The position numbers and the translations under genes were made by a program. Source: an uncultured Gemmatimonadales bacterium (GTDB taxonomy: Bacteria > Gemmatimonadota > Gemmatimonadetes > Longimicrobiales > Gaopeijiaceae). Taken from it: a stretch of 64,000 bases of DNA. A model generated the notes under the pieces. It was not told the DNA's origin. It worked only from the letters and a program-made list of their open reading frames with translations, and did no database searches. Of this stretch, positions 20,884-30,392 are shown piece by piece; positions within the stretch are counted from its first letter, which is position 1; every line of letters starts with the position of its first letter. Location: the NCBI GenBank assembly GCA_963823035.1, contig CAWGKG010000015.1:54379-118378 (forward strand), given 5' to 3'.

Positions 20884-22598
20884 GGAGCCGGCGGCTCGGC
20901 GTCGAGCGCGGCGCGCACCGCACGGTCACGACCGTACAGGTCGGGCCGGAAGTCCACGGCGCCGTCGTCATCGGCGAACGCCGTCCAGTAGAGCAGGTGG
21001 ACCGGTACGGGTTCGCTCAGCCACACCGTGGTCTCACGGCCTGCGGCGACGGCAGCTCTGATACGCTCCGGAGACCATCGGGGATCCCCGGCCAGGAGGT
21101 AGTCGGCGAGCTCGAGGGGCTTCTCGATGCGGATGCAGCCGGAGCTGAAGGCACGCGTGGTGCGGGAGAACAACTCGCGGGAAGGGGTGTCGTGGAGGTA
21201 GACGTTGTGGCGGTTGGGGAAGATGAACTTCACGTCGCCCAACGCGTTGAGCGGCCCCGGGTCCTGGCGGATGCGAAAACGTCGGTTGAGCTCGGCCCCC
21301 GTCATCGTGCCCCAGTCCACGGAGGCCGGGTCCACCGGCTCGTTCGTGGCCTGATCGAAGAGCGTCATCTTCATCGAGGCGAGGTAACCCGGATTCCGTC
21401 GGAGCTCGGGCAGCTTGTCCACCGCCGCGATGCTCGGCGGCACATGCCAATAGGGGGCAAGCACCAGGTACGTCATGTTCGCGCTGAACATCGGTGTCTC
21501 CCGGTACTCGCGCCCCACCACGGCGCGCATTTGCAGCGCCACCTGACCGTCCTTCCACACCTCCAGGTGGTAGTCGGCGATGTTCACGCGGATGTGCCGC
21601 CGGCCGAGGTCGTTGGGCAGCCATCGCCACCGCTCCAGGTTGACCACGATCTGCGCGATCCTCGCCTCGACCGGGACGTTCATGGCGGCGAGCGTCTCGC
21701 GTCCCACGCTGCCGTCCGCATCGAGCCCGTGTCGGTGCTGGAAACGCACCACCGCCTCCGCGAGCTCATCGTCGAAGCGCCCGTCGTCCGCCGCGGACCG
21801 CGTCCCGAGGTCGCCGCTGGCGACGAGACGCCGGCGCAGCGCCGGAACACGGGCGTCCTCGTCGCCCGGGTGGAGGGTCGTACCGTCCGGGACGACGCCC
21901 CATCCCCCCTCCGCCTCGACGGCACGAAATCGAGCGAGCAGGCTCTTGAGCGCCCGGTACCCAGGCTGGCTCGGCCGCAGCGCGTCGAGCGCCGCATCCA
22001 CGTCGCCCAGCTCCATCGCGGCGGTCAGCTCTGCCGCCATGTCGACCTGCCGGCGGTTCGCCAGCCACTCGGCCTTGAGCGTGCTCGGATTCACCCGCCC
22101 CTGGAGGAGGTGCGACCCGAACGTGAGGTAGGCATCCGTGAGGAGGATCTCGAGATCGACCAGACCGGCCGCGTCGCGCCCCGAGGACACGAGCGAATCG
22201 ATCGCCGCCAGATGGTAATCCGTCCCGTCCAGCCCGTCCTCGGGCGCCGCGTGCAATGCCGCCACCAGACGGAGTGCGCAGCTCGAGGGCCGCCCGCGCG
22301 AAATCCACGCGGGCGCGTCCTCCCGGCGCAGGTAGAACGAGGGCAACGCGTTGCTCGCGCGGATCTCGTGGCCCCCCGCTCTCAGAGTCCCCTGGGCGGC
22401 GCCCGCCTCCAGGCGATTGCGCAGAAGATCCGCCAGTGCCGGCGCAGGCTCCGACGGGCAGGGCGAGGACATGCGGGCCGGCGCCGCACCCAGGATCACG
22501 GCGAGGGTGGTGGCGAACGCGCCTCGACGGAACCCGGGACCGACGTGCCGCCGCGTGCCGCGGCGGTCGGGTACGGGTGCTGGGGTCGAGAGGGTCAT
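20880..22598 (-). CDS. Murein L,D-transpeptidase, YcbB/LdtD-like (scaffold, PG-binding and YkuD domains)
   Basis: AVVRFQHRHGLDADG, NLERWRW, QDPGPLNALG.VKF.FPN and YLHDTP...FSSGCIR motifs. Confidence 0.92.
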   Translation of the reverse strand: MTLSTPAPVPDRRGTRRHVGPGFRRGAFATTLAVILGAAPARMSSPCPSEPAPALADLLRNRLEAGAAQGTLRAGGHEIRASNALPSFYLRREDAPAWISRGRPSSCALRLVAALHAAPEDGLDGTDYHLAAIDSLVSSGRDAAGLVDLEILLTDAYLTFGSHLLQGRVNPSTLKAEWLANRRQVDMAAELTAAMELGDVDAALDALRPSQPGYRALKSLLARFRAVEAEGGWGVVPDGTTLHPGDEDARVPALRRRLVASGDLGTRSAADDGRFDDELAEAVVRFQHRHGLDADGSVGRETLAAMNVPVEARIAQIVVNLERWRWLPNDLGRRHIRVNIADYHLEVWKDGQVALQMRAVVGREYRETPMFSANMTYLVLAPYWHVPPSIAAVDKLPELRRNPGYLASMKMTLFDQATNEPVDPASVDWGTMTGAELNRRFRIRQDPGPLNALGDVKFIFPNRHNVYLHDTPSRELFSRTTRAFSSGCIRIEKPLELADYLLAGDPRWSPERIRAAVAAGRETTVWLSEPVPVHLLYWTAFADDDGAVDFRPDLYGRDRAVRAALDAEPPAP

Positions 22599-22642
22599 CG
22601 GCGGACGATTGCTCCAGTCGCGGAAGTTCCGAAGTTAGTGGG

Positions 22643-23854
22643 ATGAGAACCCGCTCCGCACACCTCGCTCTCGCGCTCGCCCCCGCGCTCACCCTCGCCG
22701 CCTGCGGGGGAGACGCACCCCCCGCCCTCGTCGTTGGGCCGGTCTCCTACACGCAGGAGGAGCTCCTCGGCCTGTCGCCGTCGCGCGTCCGGACGCTCGC
22801 CCACCTCACCGAGTTCGGCCTCGCGGTCGCCGACTCCTCGTCCGCCGAGCTGGGCGCGCCCCTCGTGGACCGGTGGGAGGACGACCGCCTCCTCGACCTC
22901 CTGGCCGCCGAGCTGACGCTCGACGAGAACGGCGTGGGCGACGACGTGCTGGAGGCGCGCTACCGGACGGACCCCGACTTCGAGCTGACCGTCCGCCACA
23001 TCCTCTTCTTCTCCGAGCGCTGGCGCACGAAGGAGGAGCGGGCCGCGGCGAAGGCGAAGGCCGAGCGCGCGCTGGTGGCCATCCGCGGCGGGGCGGACTT
23101 CGCGGAGACCGCGGCGCGCCTCTCGGAGGAGCCCGGCGCAGAGAGCCGCCAGGGCCTGCTCACGCCCGGGCGCGCGGGCGCCTGGGTGGACGAGTTCTGG
23201 GCGGCGGCCTCGGCGCTCGAGGTGGGAGAGATCAGCCCCGTCACCGAGACCGAGTACGGCTACCACATCCTCCGGCTCGAGGGACGGGACACCGTTCCCT
23301 TCTCGGAGGCGCGCAGCCGCATCGCCCTGGAAGTCGCGGACCGCATCGAGGATCCCCACGCCGTGCTCGAGACGTGGCTGGACGGTCGCGCCGTCGACGT
23401 CCGCTCCCCGACCTCCGGCGGAAACGCGTCCGCACCCGCCGACACCGCGGTGCTCGCCACCTGGGGCGACGAGGCGGCCGGGACCGGTGCGCTCACCGGC
23501 CAGGACTGGAACGCGTGGGCCAGGACCGGGCCGCCGGCGGCGCCCCCGGTCGTGGAGGCGATCCGTGCGCTCGCGCGGCGGCGCATGGCCCTGGGCGAGG
23601 CGGAACGACGCGGCCTCGCCGTCTCTCGGGCGGAGCGCGCCCGGCTGGAGCGCCGATGGGACGACCAGGTCTACCAGTGGTCCGCCACCCTCGGCTTCTC
23701 CGCGGGGATGGGGCCGGAAGCCGTGTCCCGCGCCGCGCTGCATGCCCTCGGTGCTACGGGTCAGGGTGCCGGGCTGGCGCGCACCGCCCTGGACGGGCGC
23801 GCCCCTCTCCTGGAGGCCCGCTACCCTGTCGAGCTTCCCGCGCCCGCCTCGTGA
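22643..23854 (+). CDS. Parvulin-type peptidylprolyl isomerase lipoprotein
   Basis: Lipobox LAAC; VRHIL, FAETAARLSEE and ISPVTETEYGYHIL motifs. Confidence 0.88.
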   Translation: MRTRSAHLALALAPALTLAACGGDAPPALVVGPVSYTQEELLGLSPSRVRTLAHLTEFGLAVADSSSAELGAPLVDRWEDDRLLDLLAAELTLDENGVGDDVLEARYRTDPDFELTVRHILFFSERWRTKEERAAAKAKAERALVAIRGGADFAETAARLSEEPGAESRQGLLTPGRAGAWVDEFWAAASALEVGEISPVTETEYGYHILRLEGRDTVPFSEARSRIALEVADRIEDPHAVLETWLDGRAVDVRSPTSGGNASAPADTAVLATWGDEAAGTGALTGQDWNAWARTGPPAAPPVVEAIRALARRRMALGEAERRGLAVSRAERARLERRWDDQVYQWSATLGFSAGMGPEAVSRAALHALGATGQGAGLARTALDGRAPLLEARYPVELPAPAS

Positions 23855-23927
23855 CCGGCGCCCCGTGGGGGAAACCGCGGCGAGCGGTGTACCGTAGGGC
23901 ACCGCGTACCCTCAGGATACCGCGACC

Positions 23928-24599
23928 ATGACCGATACGACGCAAAGAAAGCTCCGCTTCCTCGCCGGGTTCGCCGTCTATTTCGGCGCGCTCTGGCTGT
24001 TGTGGGGCACGCCCATCGTCTATCCGCTGAAGATCTTCGTGGTGCTCCTCCACGAGGTGAGCCACGGCATCGCGGCCGTGGCGACGGGCGGCTCGATCCA
24101 GCGCATCGTGCTCGATCCGTACCAGGGAGGCGCCACGTATACGGTCGGTGGCAACGCCTTCGCCACGCTGTCGGCGGGCTACCTCGGGAGCCTGGCCTGG
24201 GGCGCCTTGATGGTCGAGGCCGCGAGGGCACGCCGCGTCCGATCCGACCTCGTGATCGGGATGATCGGCGGGCTGGTGGTCGTGCTCACGGCCCTCTTCG
24301 TGCGAAGCGGATTCGGGATCGCGTTCGGCGTGCTCTTCGGCGTGGCGCTGGCTGTCGCGTCGCGCAAGCTCTCCGTCGCCCTCAACCGGAGCCTCCTGCT
24401 CACGCTCGGGATGACGTCGAGCCTGTACGCGATCCTGGACATCAAGAGCGACATCCTGGACCGGCCGACGCTCGAGTCCGACGCCTTCATGCTCGGTCGG
24501 ATGACCGGCGTGCCGACGGCCGTGTGGGGCATCCTGTGGATCGCCATCGCGCTGGGCGTGACCGCGTTCCTCTTCCGGCGGGCCTACCGGGACGCCTGA
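23928..24599 (+). CDS. M50B-like membrane metallopeptidase
   Basis: HEVSH, AGYLG and SDA motifs; multi-TM. Confidence 0.88.
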   Translation: MTDTTQRKLRFLAGFAVYFGALWLLWGTPIVYPLKIFVVLLHEVSHGIAAVATGGSIQRIVLDPYQGGATYTVGGNAFATLSAGYLGSLAWGALMVEAARARRVRSDLVIGMIGGLVVVLTALFVRSGFGIAFGVLFGVALAVASRKLSVALNRSLLLTLGMTSSLYAILDIKSDILDRPTLESDAFMLGRMTGVPTAVWGILWIAIALGVTAFLFRRAYRDA

Positions 24600-24714
24600 G
24601 GCAGGACGGCCCGCGGGCCGCGTGAGCTCCGCGCCCGCCCTCCCCGCCGCCGACACCACCCATGGTACCCAGAGGGCGGCATCACCCCGGATATCGTGGC
24701 CCCATTCACCTCCC

Positions 24715-24744
24715 TTGCGACCGGGTGGGCAAATCACTTATCGT
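24715..24744 (+). promoter_or_regulatory. Putative sigma70 promoter for a small intergenic transcript
   Basis: TTGCGA-N18-TATCGT in an AT-richer patch. Confidence 0.4.
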
Positions 24745-24810
24745 TGCGCCGATCGGAATCGCTTTCGATCCGTTCCGCCCGATGTTCGACCCGAACAAAG
24801 GAGGTGATCC

Positions 24811-24873
24811 TTGTCTACTCCGTGTACCCTGTCCAGCCTGGCAAGGGCAAGCGATCGCCGTACCGGCTCCTAA
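24811..24873 (+). CDS. Candidate 20-aa small ORF MSTPCTLSSLARASDRRTGS
   Basis: AAAGGAGGTGATCC (24797-24810) directly before TTG; TAA stop; flanked by a putative promoter and a terminator. Confidence 0.4.
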   Translation: MSTPCTLSSLARASDRRTGS

Positions 24874-24930
24874 GCCGAACTCGATCCACTGTTCGCGCCG
24901 TTCCGGCCGTCGTGCCGGGCTGCGACAGTC

Positions 24931-24970
24931 AGACGCCACCGGGGTTCAGCCCGGTGGCGTCTTCTGTTTT
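24931..24970 (+). terminator. Intrinsic terminator
   Basis: 13-bp perfect stem AGACGCCACCGGG/CCCGGTGGCGTCT, 6-nt loop, followed by TCTGTTTT. Confidence 0.85.
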
Positions 24971-25551
24971 CAGCCGAACCAGGGCGGGTTGTTTCCGGGC
25001 TTCCACTTGATGTTGCAGCCGACGCTGGGCGTCTGTTCGGCAGCGGGGTCGCGTCCGGTGAGCACGGCGTCCACGGCAGCCCTCAGGTCCGCGCCCGTGA
25101 CGGGGATCTCCGAGCCGGGGCGGCTCGCGTCGAACTGTCCCCGGTACGCCAGGCGACGGTCCGCGTCGTAGAGGAAGAAGTCGGGCGTGCACGCCGCGCG
25201 GTAGGCCTTCGCCACCTCCTGCGAGGCGTCGAACAGATACGGGAAGCCGTAGCCCCGCCTCTCGACCTCGCGCGCCATCGCCTCCGGGCTGTCGTCCGGG
25301 TAGTTGTCCACGTCGTTGGCGTTGATGCCGACCATCGCCAGCCCCTTGGCGCGGTACTCGCGCTCGAAGTCCGCCAACCCCGCCGCGATGTGCTTCACGT
25401 ACGGGCAGTGGTTGGAGAGGAACACGACCAGGAGCGCGCCCGCTTCGGAGAATTCGTCGCGCGACACCGTCCGGCCGGTCGCGGGCTCGGACAGCGAGAA
25501 ATCCGGTGCCGGGCTCCCGAGCTCGGCCATCGTGGAGGGGGTCTGAACCAT
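24970..25551 (-). CDS. Thioredoxin-like / AhpC-TSA family protein
   Basis: GSPAPDFSL, NHCPYV, AACTPDFF and PSVGCNIKW motifs. Confidence 0.92.
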   Translation of the reverse strand: MVQTPSTMAELGSPAPDFSLSEPATGRTVSRDEFSEAGALLVVFLSNHCPYVKHIAAGLADFEREYRAKGLAMVGINANDVDNYPDDSPEAMAREVERRGYGFPYLFDASQEVAKAYRAACTPDFFLYDADRRLAYRGQFDASRPGSEIPVTGADLRAAVDAVLTGRDPAAEQTPSVGCNIKWKPGNNPPWFG

Positions 25552-25657
25552 GCGGGTCCTCGGTGCTGCGGTTGTGGTCTCGCGATCGTCCGGAGGGAGA
25601 CCCCGCAGCGGATCGATCGTGCCGGACCGCCGGTGCTCGCGACGGGTAGAGCCTCCC

Positions 25658-26449
25658 ATGCGCGTCGTCTCCCTCGCCTGCTCCAACACCGAGATCGTCC
25701 ACGCCCTCGGCTGCGCCGACCTCCTGGTCGGTGTGGACGACCACTCCGACTGGCCGGAGGAGGTGGTCGGACCGCTCCCGAAGGTCGGACCCGACCTCGA
25801 CGTGGACGTCGCGCGCGTGGCGTCGCTGGAGCCGGACCTGGTCCTCGCGACGCTGACGGTCCCGGGCCACGAGCGCGTGCTGGAGCGGCTGCAGGCGGCG
25901 GGGCTCCCCTTCGTGGCCCCGGAGCCCACCTCCCTCGAGGACGTCTACCGCGACGTACGGGACATCGGACGGCTGCTCGGGGTGGCCGAGCGCGCCGACG
26001 CGCTCGTGGCCGAGATGCGTGCCGAGCTCGATGCCCCGCCCCCGCCGGGCGACGCCCCCGAGCTGCTCGTGCAGTGGTGGCCCAAGCCGGTCATCACGCC
26101 GGGCCGGCGCTCCTGGACCACGGACGTGCTGCACGCGGCGGGCGCGCGGGCGACGCTCGAGGACGAGGACGTGAAGAGTCGCCCGATGACGGACGAGGAG
26201 GTGGCGGCGCGCTCGCCGGACGCCGTCGTCCTGTCGTGGTGCGGCGTGCACCCCTCGAAATACCGGCCCGACGTGGTCCTCCGGAACGACGCCTGGGCGG
26301 AGCTCCCCTTCGTCCGCGAGGGGAGGGTCTACTGCGTCGGCGAGCCATGGATGGGCCGTCCCGGGCCTCGCCTGGTGGAGGGCGTGCGGGCAGTGCGGCA
26401 CATCGTCGAGGAGCTGCGATGGGGAGGGTCTGTCACCGCCGGACGCTGA
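25658..26449 (+). CDS. BtuF-like helical-backbone metal/cobalamin-binding protein
   Basis: MRVVSLACSNTEIV.ALG, LVGVD..SDWP, LEPDLVL and RPGPRLVEG motifs. Confidence 0.85.
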   Translation: MRVVSLACSNTEIVHALGCADLLVGVDDHSDWPEEVVGPLPKVGPDLDVDVARVASLEPDLVLATLTVPGHERVLERLQAAGLPFVAPEPTSLEDVYRDVRDIGRLLGVAERADALVAEMRAELDAPPPPGDAPELLVQWWPKPVITPGRRSWTTDVLHAAGARATLEDEDVKSRPMTDEEVAARSPDAVVLSWCGVHPSKYRPDVVLRNDAWAELPFVREGRVYCVGEPWMGRPGPRLVEGVRAVRHIVEELRWGGSVTAGR

Positions 26450-26570
26450 AGGGGGCTTGGTCCAAGCGCTGAATGTTCGAATCGATTACATTTCTCCAGT
26501 TCCTGCGACCCTTCCGCACCTAGCGGAGCCACGGCGTCCTCACCGGCCGACTCCGCGATCGGAGAGACTC

Positions 26571-27387
26571 GTGTCACGGAATCGCTCAGGGCTCCGCGTG
26601 TTGCTCCTCACGGCCCCACTCACGCTGGCGGCGTGCGCCGGCGGGCCGGACCCCGAAACCGCCGCGCCGAGCCATATGTTCGCCCACTTCATGCAGGTGG
26701 GCGTGATCCAATCCGCGGTCGTCAACGGGGACGTGGACGCGACGCGGCGGCCCGCCCGATGGCTGGCGAGCCACAAGGAGACCCAGTTCCCGGCGGACGC
26801 CCAGCCGGCACTGGAGCAGATGCGCGCCGAGGCGCGCGTCATGCTGGCCCAGAACGAGCTGACGGACATCGCTCGCTCCCTCGCGCGGATGGGCACGGCC
26901 TGCGGTGCGTGCCACCAGATCACGAACGGAGGGCCGAAGATCAACCTGTCGGAGGCGCCCCCGCTGACGAATGCGCCGGACGAGCACATGCAGCGGCACG
27001 TATGGGCGCTCGACCGGATGTGGGAGGGACTCATCGGGCCGTCCGACGCGGCCTGGCGCGCGGGCGCCTCCGCGCTGGTGAACGCACCGCTGCGGTTCAG
27101 CGCAGGGTCGGTGAGCCAGCAGGCCGAGGATCTCGTCGGCGAAGGTGCACGAGCTGGCACAGTCGGCCCACAGCGCGTCGACCGACAAGGACCGGGCCCA
27201 GGTGTACGGCGGGCTGCTGCAGACCTGCGCCCTCTGTCACGAAGCGCTCGGGATGCGCCTGAAGCCTAGCAGCCCGAGCGTCTCATACCACCGGAGGACC
27301 GCCCTGCGATCGCGGGGCGGTCATCTTCTCTTCTTCCGACCCTTGCGCGCCCGCTCGTCTTTGCTATTAATACGAACGTATGAATGA
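26571..27387 (+). CDS. Di-haem c-type cytochrome lipoprotein (frameshift ~27138; true stop 27269 or 27387)
   Basis: Lipobox LAAC; CGACH in frame 1 and CALCH in the shifted frame. Confidence 0.75.
27343..27385 (+). promoter_or_regulatory. tetR promoter with probable autoregulatory operator
   Basis: TTGCGC-N16-TATTAA; inverted repeat ATTAATACG-AA-CGTATGAAT (27366-27385, 8/9 match) overlapping the start codon. Confidence 0.6.
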
Positions 27388-28057
27388 TACGGGGAAGCGA
27401 GACGAGGACGTTGGGCGGCCGGAAACGGTGCCGCCGGAGCCCAGGCGCGGCGCGGATACCCGCTCCGCGTTGATCGCGTCGGGTCGCCGTGTCTTCGCGA
27501 GCAAGGGGTTCGAAGGAGCCTCGGTCCGCGACATCACGCGCAGCGCGGGCGCGAACCTCGGGGCCATCACGTACCACTTCGGCTCCAAGCGTGCGCTCTA
27601 CGAGGCCGTGCTCACGTCCGGGCTCACCCCCGTGGTCGAGCGGGTGGGGCAGGTCGCCCGCGGTCCGGGCACGCCGCTCGACCGCCTCGCCGGAATCGTG
27701 GACGTCTTCTTCGCCCACATGGGGGCCAACCCCGAGCTGCCCCGGCTCCTTCTCCAGGGGATCGCCGCCGGGAAGCGGCCGCCGCGGGCCGTGGTGGCCA
27801 TCCTCAAGCGAAACGCCACCTATATGGCAGGCGTCGTCACCGAGGGGTTCCGGGACGGCTCCGTTCGACCCGGACATCCGCTGCTGACGGCGCTGAGCGT
27901 CATCGCGCAGCCCATCTACATGACCGTCGTCGCCCCCCTGCTGCGGGACGTGGGGGGGATCGATCTGTCCGATCCGGAGACCCGTCGCCTCGCGGCGGAC
28001 CACGTGAAGACATTCGTGAGAACCGGACTGGCCGTCCGTGAGGAGGCATCGGAATGA
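27380..28057 (+). CDS. TetR/AcrR family regulator
   Basis: FASKGFEGASVRDITRSAGANLGAITYHFGSK HTH. Confidence 0.93.
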   Translation: MNDTGKRDEDVGRPETVPPEPRRGADTRSALIASGRRVFASKGFEGASVRDITRSAGANLGAITYHFGSKRALYEAVLTSGLTPVVERVGQVARGPGTPLDRLAGIVDVFFAHMGANPELPRLLLQGIAAGKRPPRAVVAILKRNATYMAGVVTEGFRDGSVRPGHPLLTALSVIAQPIYMTVVAPLLRDVGGIDLSDPETRRLAADHVKTFVRTGLAVREEASE

Positions 28058-29397
28058 CTCGACCTTCGCCGTCCGCGCGCGCCCTGCGGGTGCGCTTCCT
28101 CGCAAGCTCGTGCATCGCGCTCGCCCTCGGGACCCTGCCCCGCGGCGCCGCCGGACAGACGCTGACCCTGCAGGCGGCGGCGGACTCCGCCCTGGCCTCG
28201 CACCCATCGGTCGGAGCCGCACGTGCCCGGGTGGACGCGGCCGACGCGGGGCGCTCCGCGGCGCGCGCCGCGCTCCTCCCGTCGCTGGCCGTGAACGGCT
28301 CACTGTCGCGCTTCCAGGAGCCGATGGTGGTGGCGCCGCTGCACGGGTTCGACCCCACCAACCCGCCCACCTTCGACCGGACGCTGGTCCAGGGGCAGCT
28401 CGGCCTGGACTACACGCTCTGGGACGGGGGCGCCCGCGGCGCCCGCATCCGCGGTGCCGAGGCGGCCGAGGGTGTTGAGACCGCGAGGATGGAGGCGACC
28501 TCGATGGAGCTCCTGGACGGTGTGGTGGCCGCGTACACCGGGGTGCTCGGCGCGCGCGAGCTGCAGGCCGCGGCGGCCCGCCTGGTCGATGCGCTCGACG
28601 CCGAGCACGACCGGGCCGATCAGCGCCTGCGCGAAGGGACCGCGGCGCGCGTCGAAGTGATGCGCGCCGAAGCCGCGCTCCTCGATGCGCAGGCCCAGCA
28701 GGCCACGGCAGACGCGCGCACCGGGCTGGCCGAGCGGAACCTCGCCCGTCTGATGGGCGTGGCCCCCGGGACGGTGTCCGGCGCCACCCTCGCCGACGTC
28801 GCGCCCCGGGCGGAGGCGGACACCGCACCCGCCACGGATCCACGCATCGCAGCGGCGAGGCGCGCCGTGGACGCCGCGCAGGCCCGCCTCGACGTGGAGC
28901 GTGCCGGCCGGCTGCCCCGCCTCTCGGCGGGAGCCGGGCTGCAGAACTACGGGAGCGGCGCGGGCGAGTACGTGACCGAGTGGCAGGCCGGCGTGAAGGT
29001 GTCCTGGCCCCTCTTCACCGGTGGCGCCCGCACCGCGGCCATCCACTCGGCGGAGGCCGACCTCCGGGTCGCGCGGGAGGAGCTGCGGCGCACGGAGCTG
29101 TCGGTGGACGGGGCGCTGGACGCGGCGAACGCGTCGGTGGCCGAATCGGCCGCGCGCGCCCGCGCGCTCGAGGCATCGGTAGCGCAGTGGGAGGAGGTCG
29201 CCCGCATCGAGACGCTCAGCCTCGAAACGGGGGCGGGGGTGCAACAGGACTACCTGAGGGCGGAGGCGTCCCTCTTCCAGGCCCGAGCCGGAAGGGCTCG
29301 GGCACGATACGACGAGATCCTGGCCCTGGTGGGCCGGGCGCGGGCCCAGGGTCGCCTGGACCGGAATTGGATCGACGACGCGCTGGAGATTCGGTGA
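28054..29397 (+). CDS. TolC family outer-membrane efflux protein
   Basis: Signal peptide; two OEP repeats (LLPSL..., RLPRL...WPLFTGG). Confidence 0.9.
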   Translation: MTRPSPSARALRVRFLASSCIALALGTLPRGAAGQTLTLQAAADSALASHPSVGAARARVDAADAGRSAARAALLPSLAVNGSLSRFQEPMVVAPLHGFDPTNPPTFDRTLVQGQLGLDYTLWDGGARGARIRGAEAAEGVETARMEATSMELLDGVVAAYTGVLGARELQAAAARLVDALDAEHDRADQRLREGTAARVEVMRAEAALLDAQAQQATADARTGLAERNLARLMGVAPGTVSGATLADVAPRAEADTAPATDPRIAAARRAVDAAQARLDVERAGRLPRLSAGAGLQNYGSGAGEYVTEWQAGVKVSWPLFTGGARTAAIHSAEADLRVAREELRRTELSVDGALDAANASVAESAARARALEASVAQWEEVARIETLSLETGAGVQQDYLRAEASLFQARAGRARARYDEILALVGRARAQGRLDRNWIDDALEIR

Positions 29398-30392
29398 TGA
29401 AGAAGCGACTGGGAATCGTGGTGCCCGTGGTCCTGGTGCTCGCGGCGGTGGCGACGTGGCTGCTGGTCAGGAACGGTGGCGACGACGACGGGCGGATCGT
29501 GGCCTCAGGAACCGTGGAGGCGACCGAGGCGGACCTCGGCTTCCAGGTGCCGGGTCGCGTCGAGGAGATCTCCCCGAAAGAGGGGGACGCGGTGGCGGCG
29601 GGGGCCGAGCTCGCCCGCCTGGACACCGACGAGTGGGTGGCGGCGCGCGACGCCGCGGTCGCCCAGCTCTCGGGCGCCGAGGCGCGCCTGAGCGAGCTGC
29701 ACCGGGGATCGCGGCCGCAGGAGGTCGCCCAGGCCGAGGCGGGCGCGCGTTCGGCGCAGCAACGGGCCGACGAGGCCGGGCGCGACGCGGAGCGGACGCA
29801 GAAGCTCTTCGACGGCGGCGCCGTGAGTCGGCAGGCGCTGGACAGGGCGCTGACCGCAAGGGACATGGCGCAGGCGGCCCTCGACCAGGCGCAGCAGACG
29901 CTCGGCCTCGTGCGCGAGGGGCCGCGCGTCGAAACCGTGCACGCGCAGCAGGCCATGGTCGAGCAGGCCCGTGCCAACGTGGCTCGAGCCGAGGCCACGC
30001 TGGAGAACGCCGTGGTGCGCGCGCCCTTCGCGGGACGCGTCACGGTGCGACACCGCGAGCCGGGCGAGACCGTGGGCCCCGGGGCGCCCGTGCTGACGCT
30101 CCTCGACCCGACCGACCGCTGGGTGCGCATCTACGTGCGTGAGGACGAGATCGGCCGGGTGCGGATCGGGATGGCCGCGACCATCACGTCGGACACCTAC
30201 CCCGACAAGACGTACCAGGGCGAGGTGGTCTTCATCGGCAGCGAGGCCGAGTTCACGCCGCGCAACGTCCAGACCACGGAGGAGCGCATCAAGCTCGTCT
30301 ACCCGGTGAAGGTCCAGATCAAGGACGACCCCGACTTCCAGCTCAAGCCCGGCATCCCCGCGGACGTCACGCTGCTGGAGAGCGGCGCGTGA
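29397..30392 (+). CDS. HlyD family membrane fusion protein (YbhG-like)
   Basis: ASGTVEA, VRAPFAG and EAEFTPRNVQT motifs. Confidence 0.9.
   Translation: MKKRLGIVVPVVLVLAAVATWLLVRNGGDDDGRIVASGTVEATEADLGFQVPGRVEEISPKEGDAVAAGAELARLDTDEWVAARDAAVAQLSGAEARLSELHRGSRPQEVAQAEAGARSAQQRADEAGRDAERTQKLFDGGAVSRQALDRALTARDMAQAALDQAQQTLGLVREGPRVETVHAQQAMVEQARANVARAEATLENAVVRAPFAGRVTVRHREPGETVGPGAPVLTLLDPTDRWVRIYVREDEIGRVRIGMAATITSDTYPDKTYQGEVVFIGSEAEFTPRNVQTTEERIKLVYPVKVQIKDDPDFQLKPGIPADVTLLESGA

Noticed and set aside
24797..24810. 16S rRNA gene fragment on the minus strand
   Set aside because: The match is limited to the terminal 14 nt; flanks do not resemble helix 45 or an ITS
26455..26502. GCTTGG-T-CCAAGC and AATGT-N11-ACATT as FNR/CRP sites upstream of the cytochrome
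   Set aside because: Short arms; spacing and sequence do not fit TTGAT-N4-ATCAA or TGTGA-N6-TCACA
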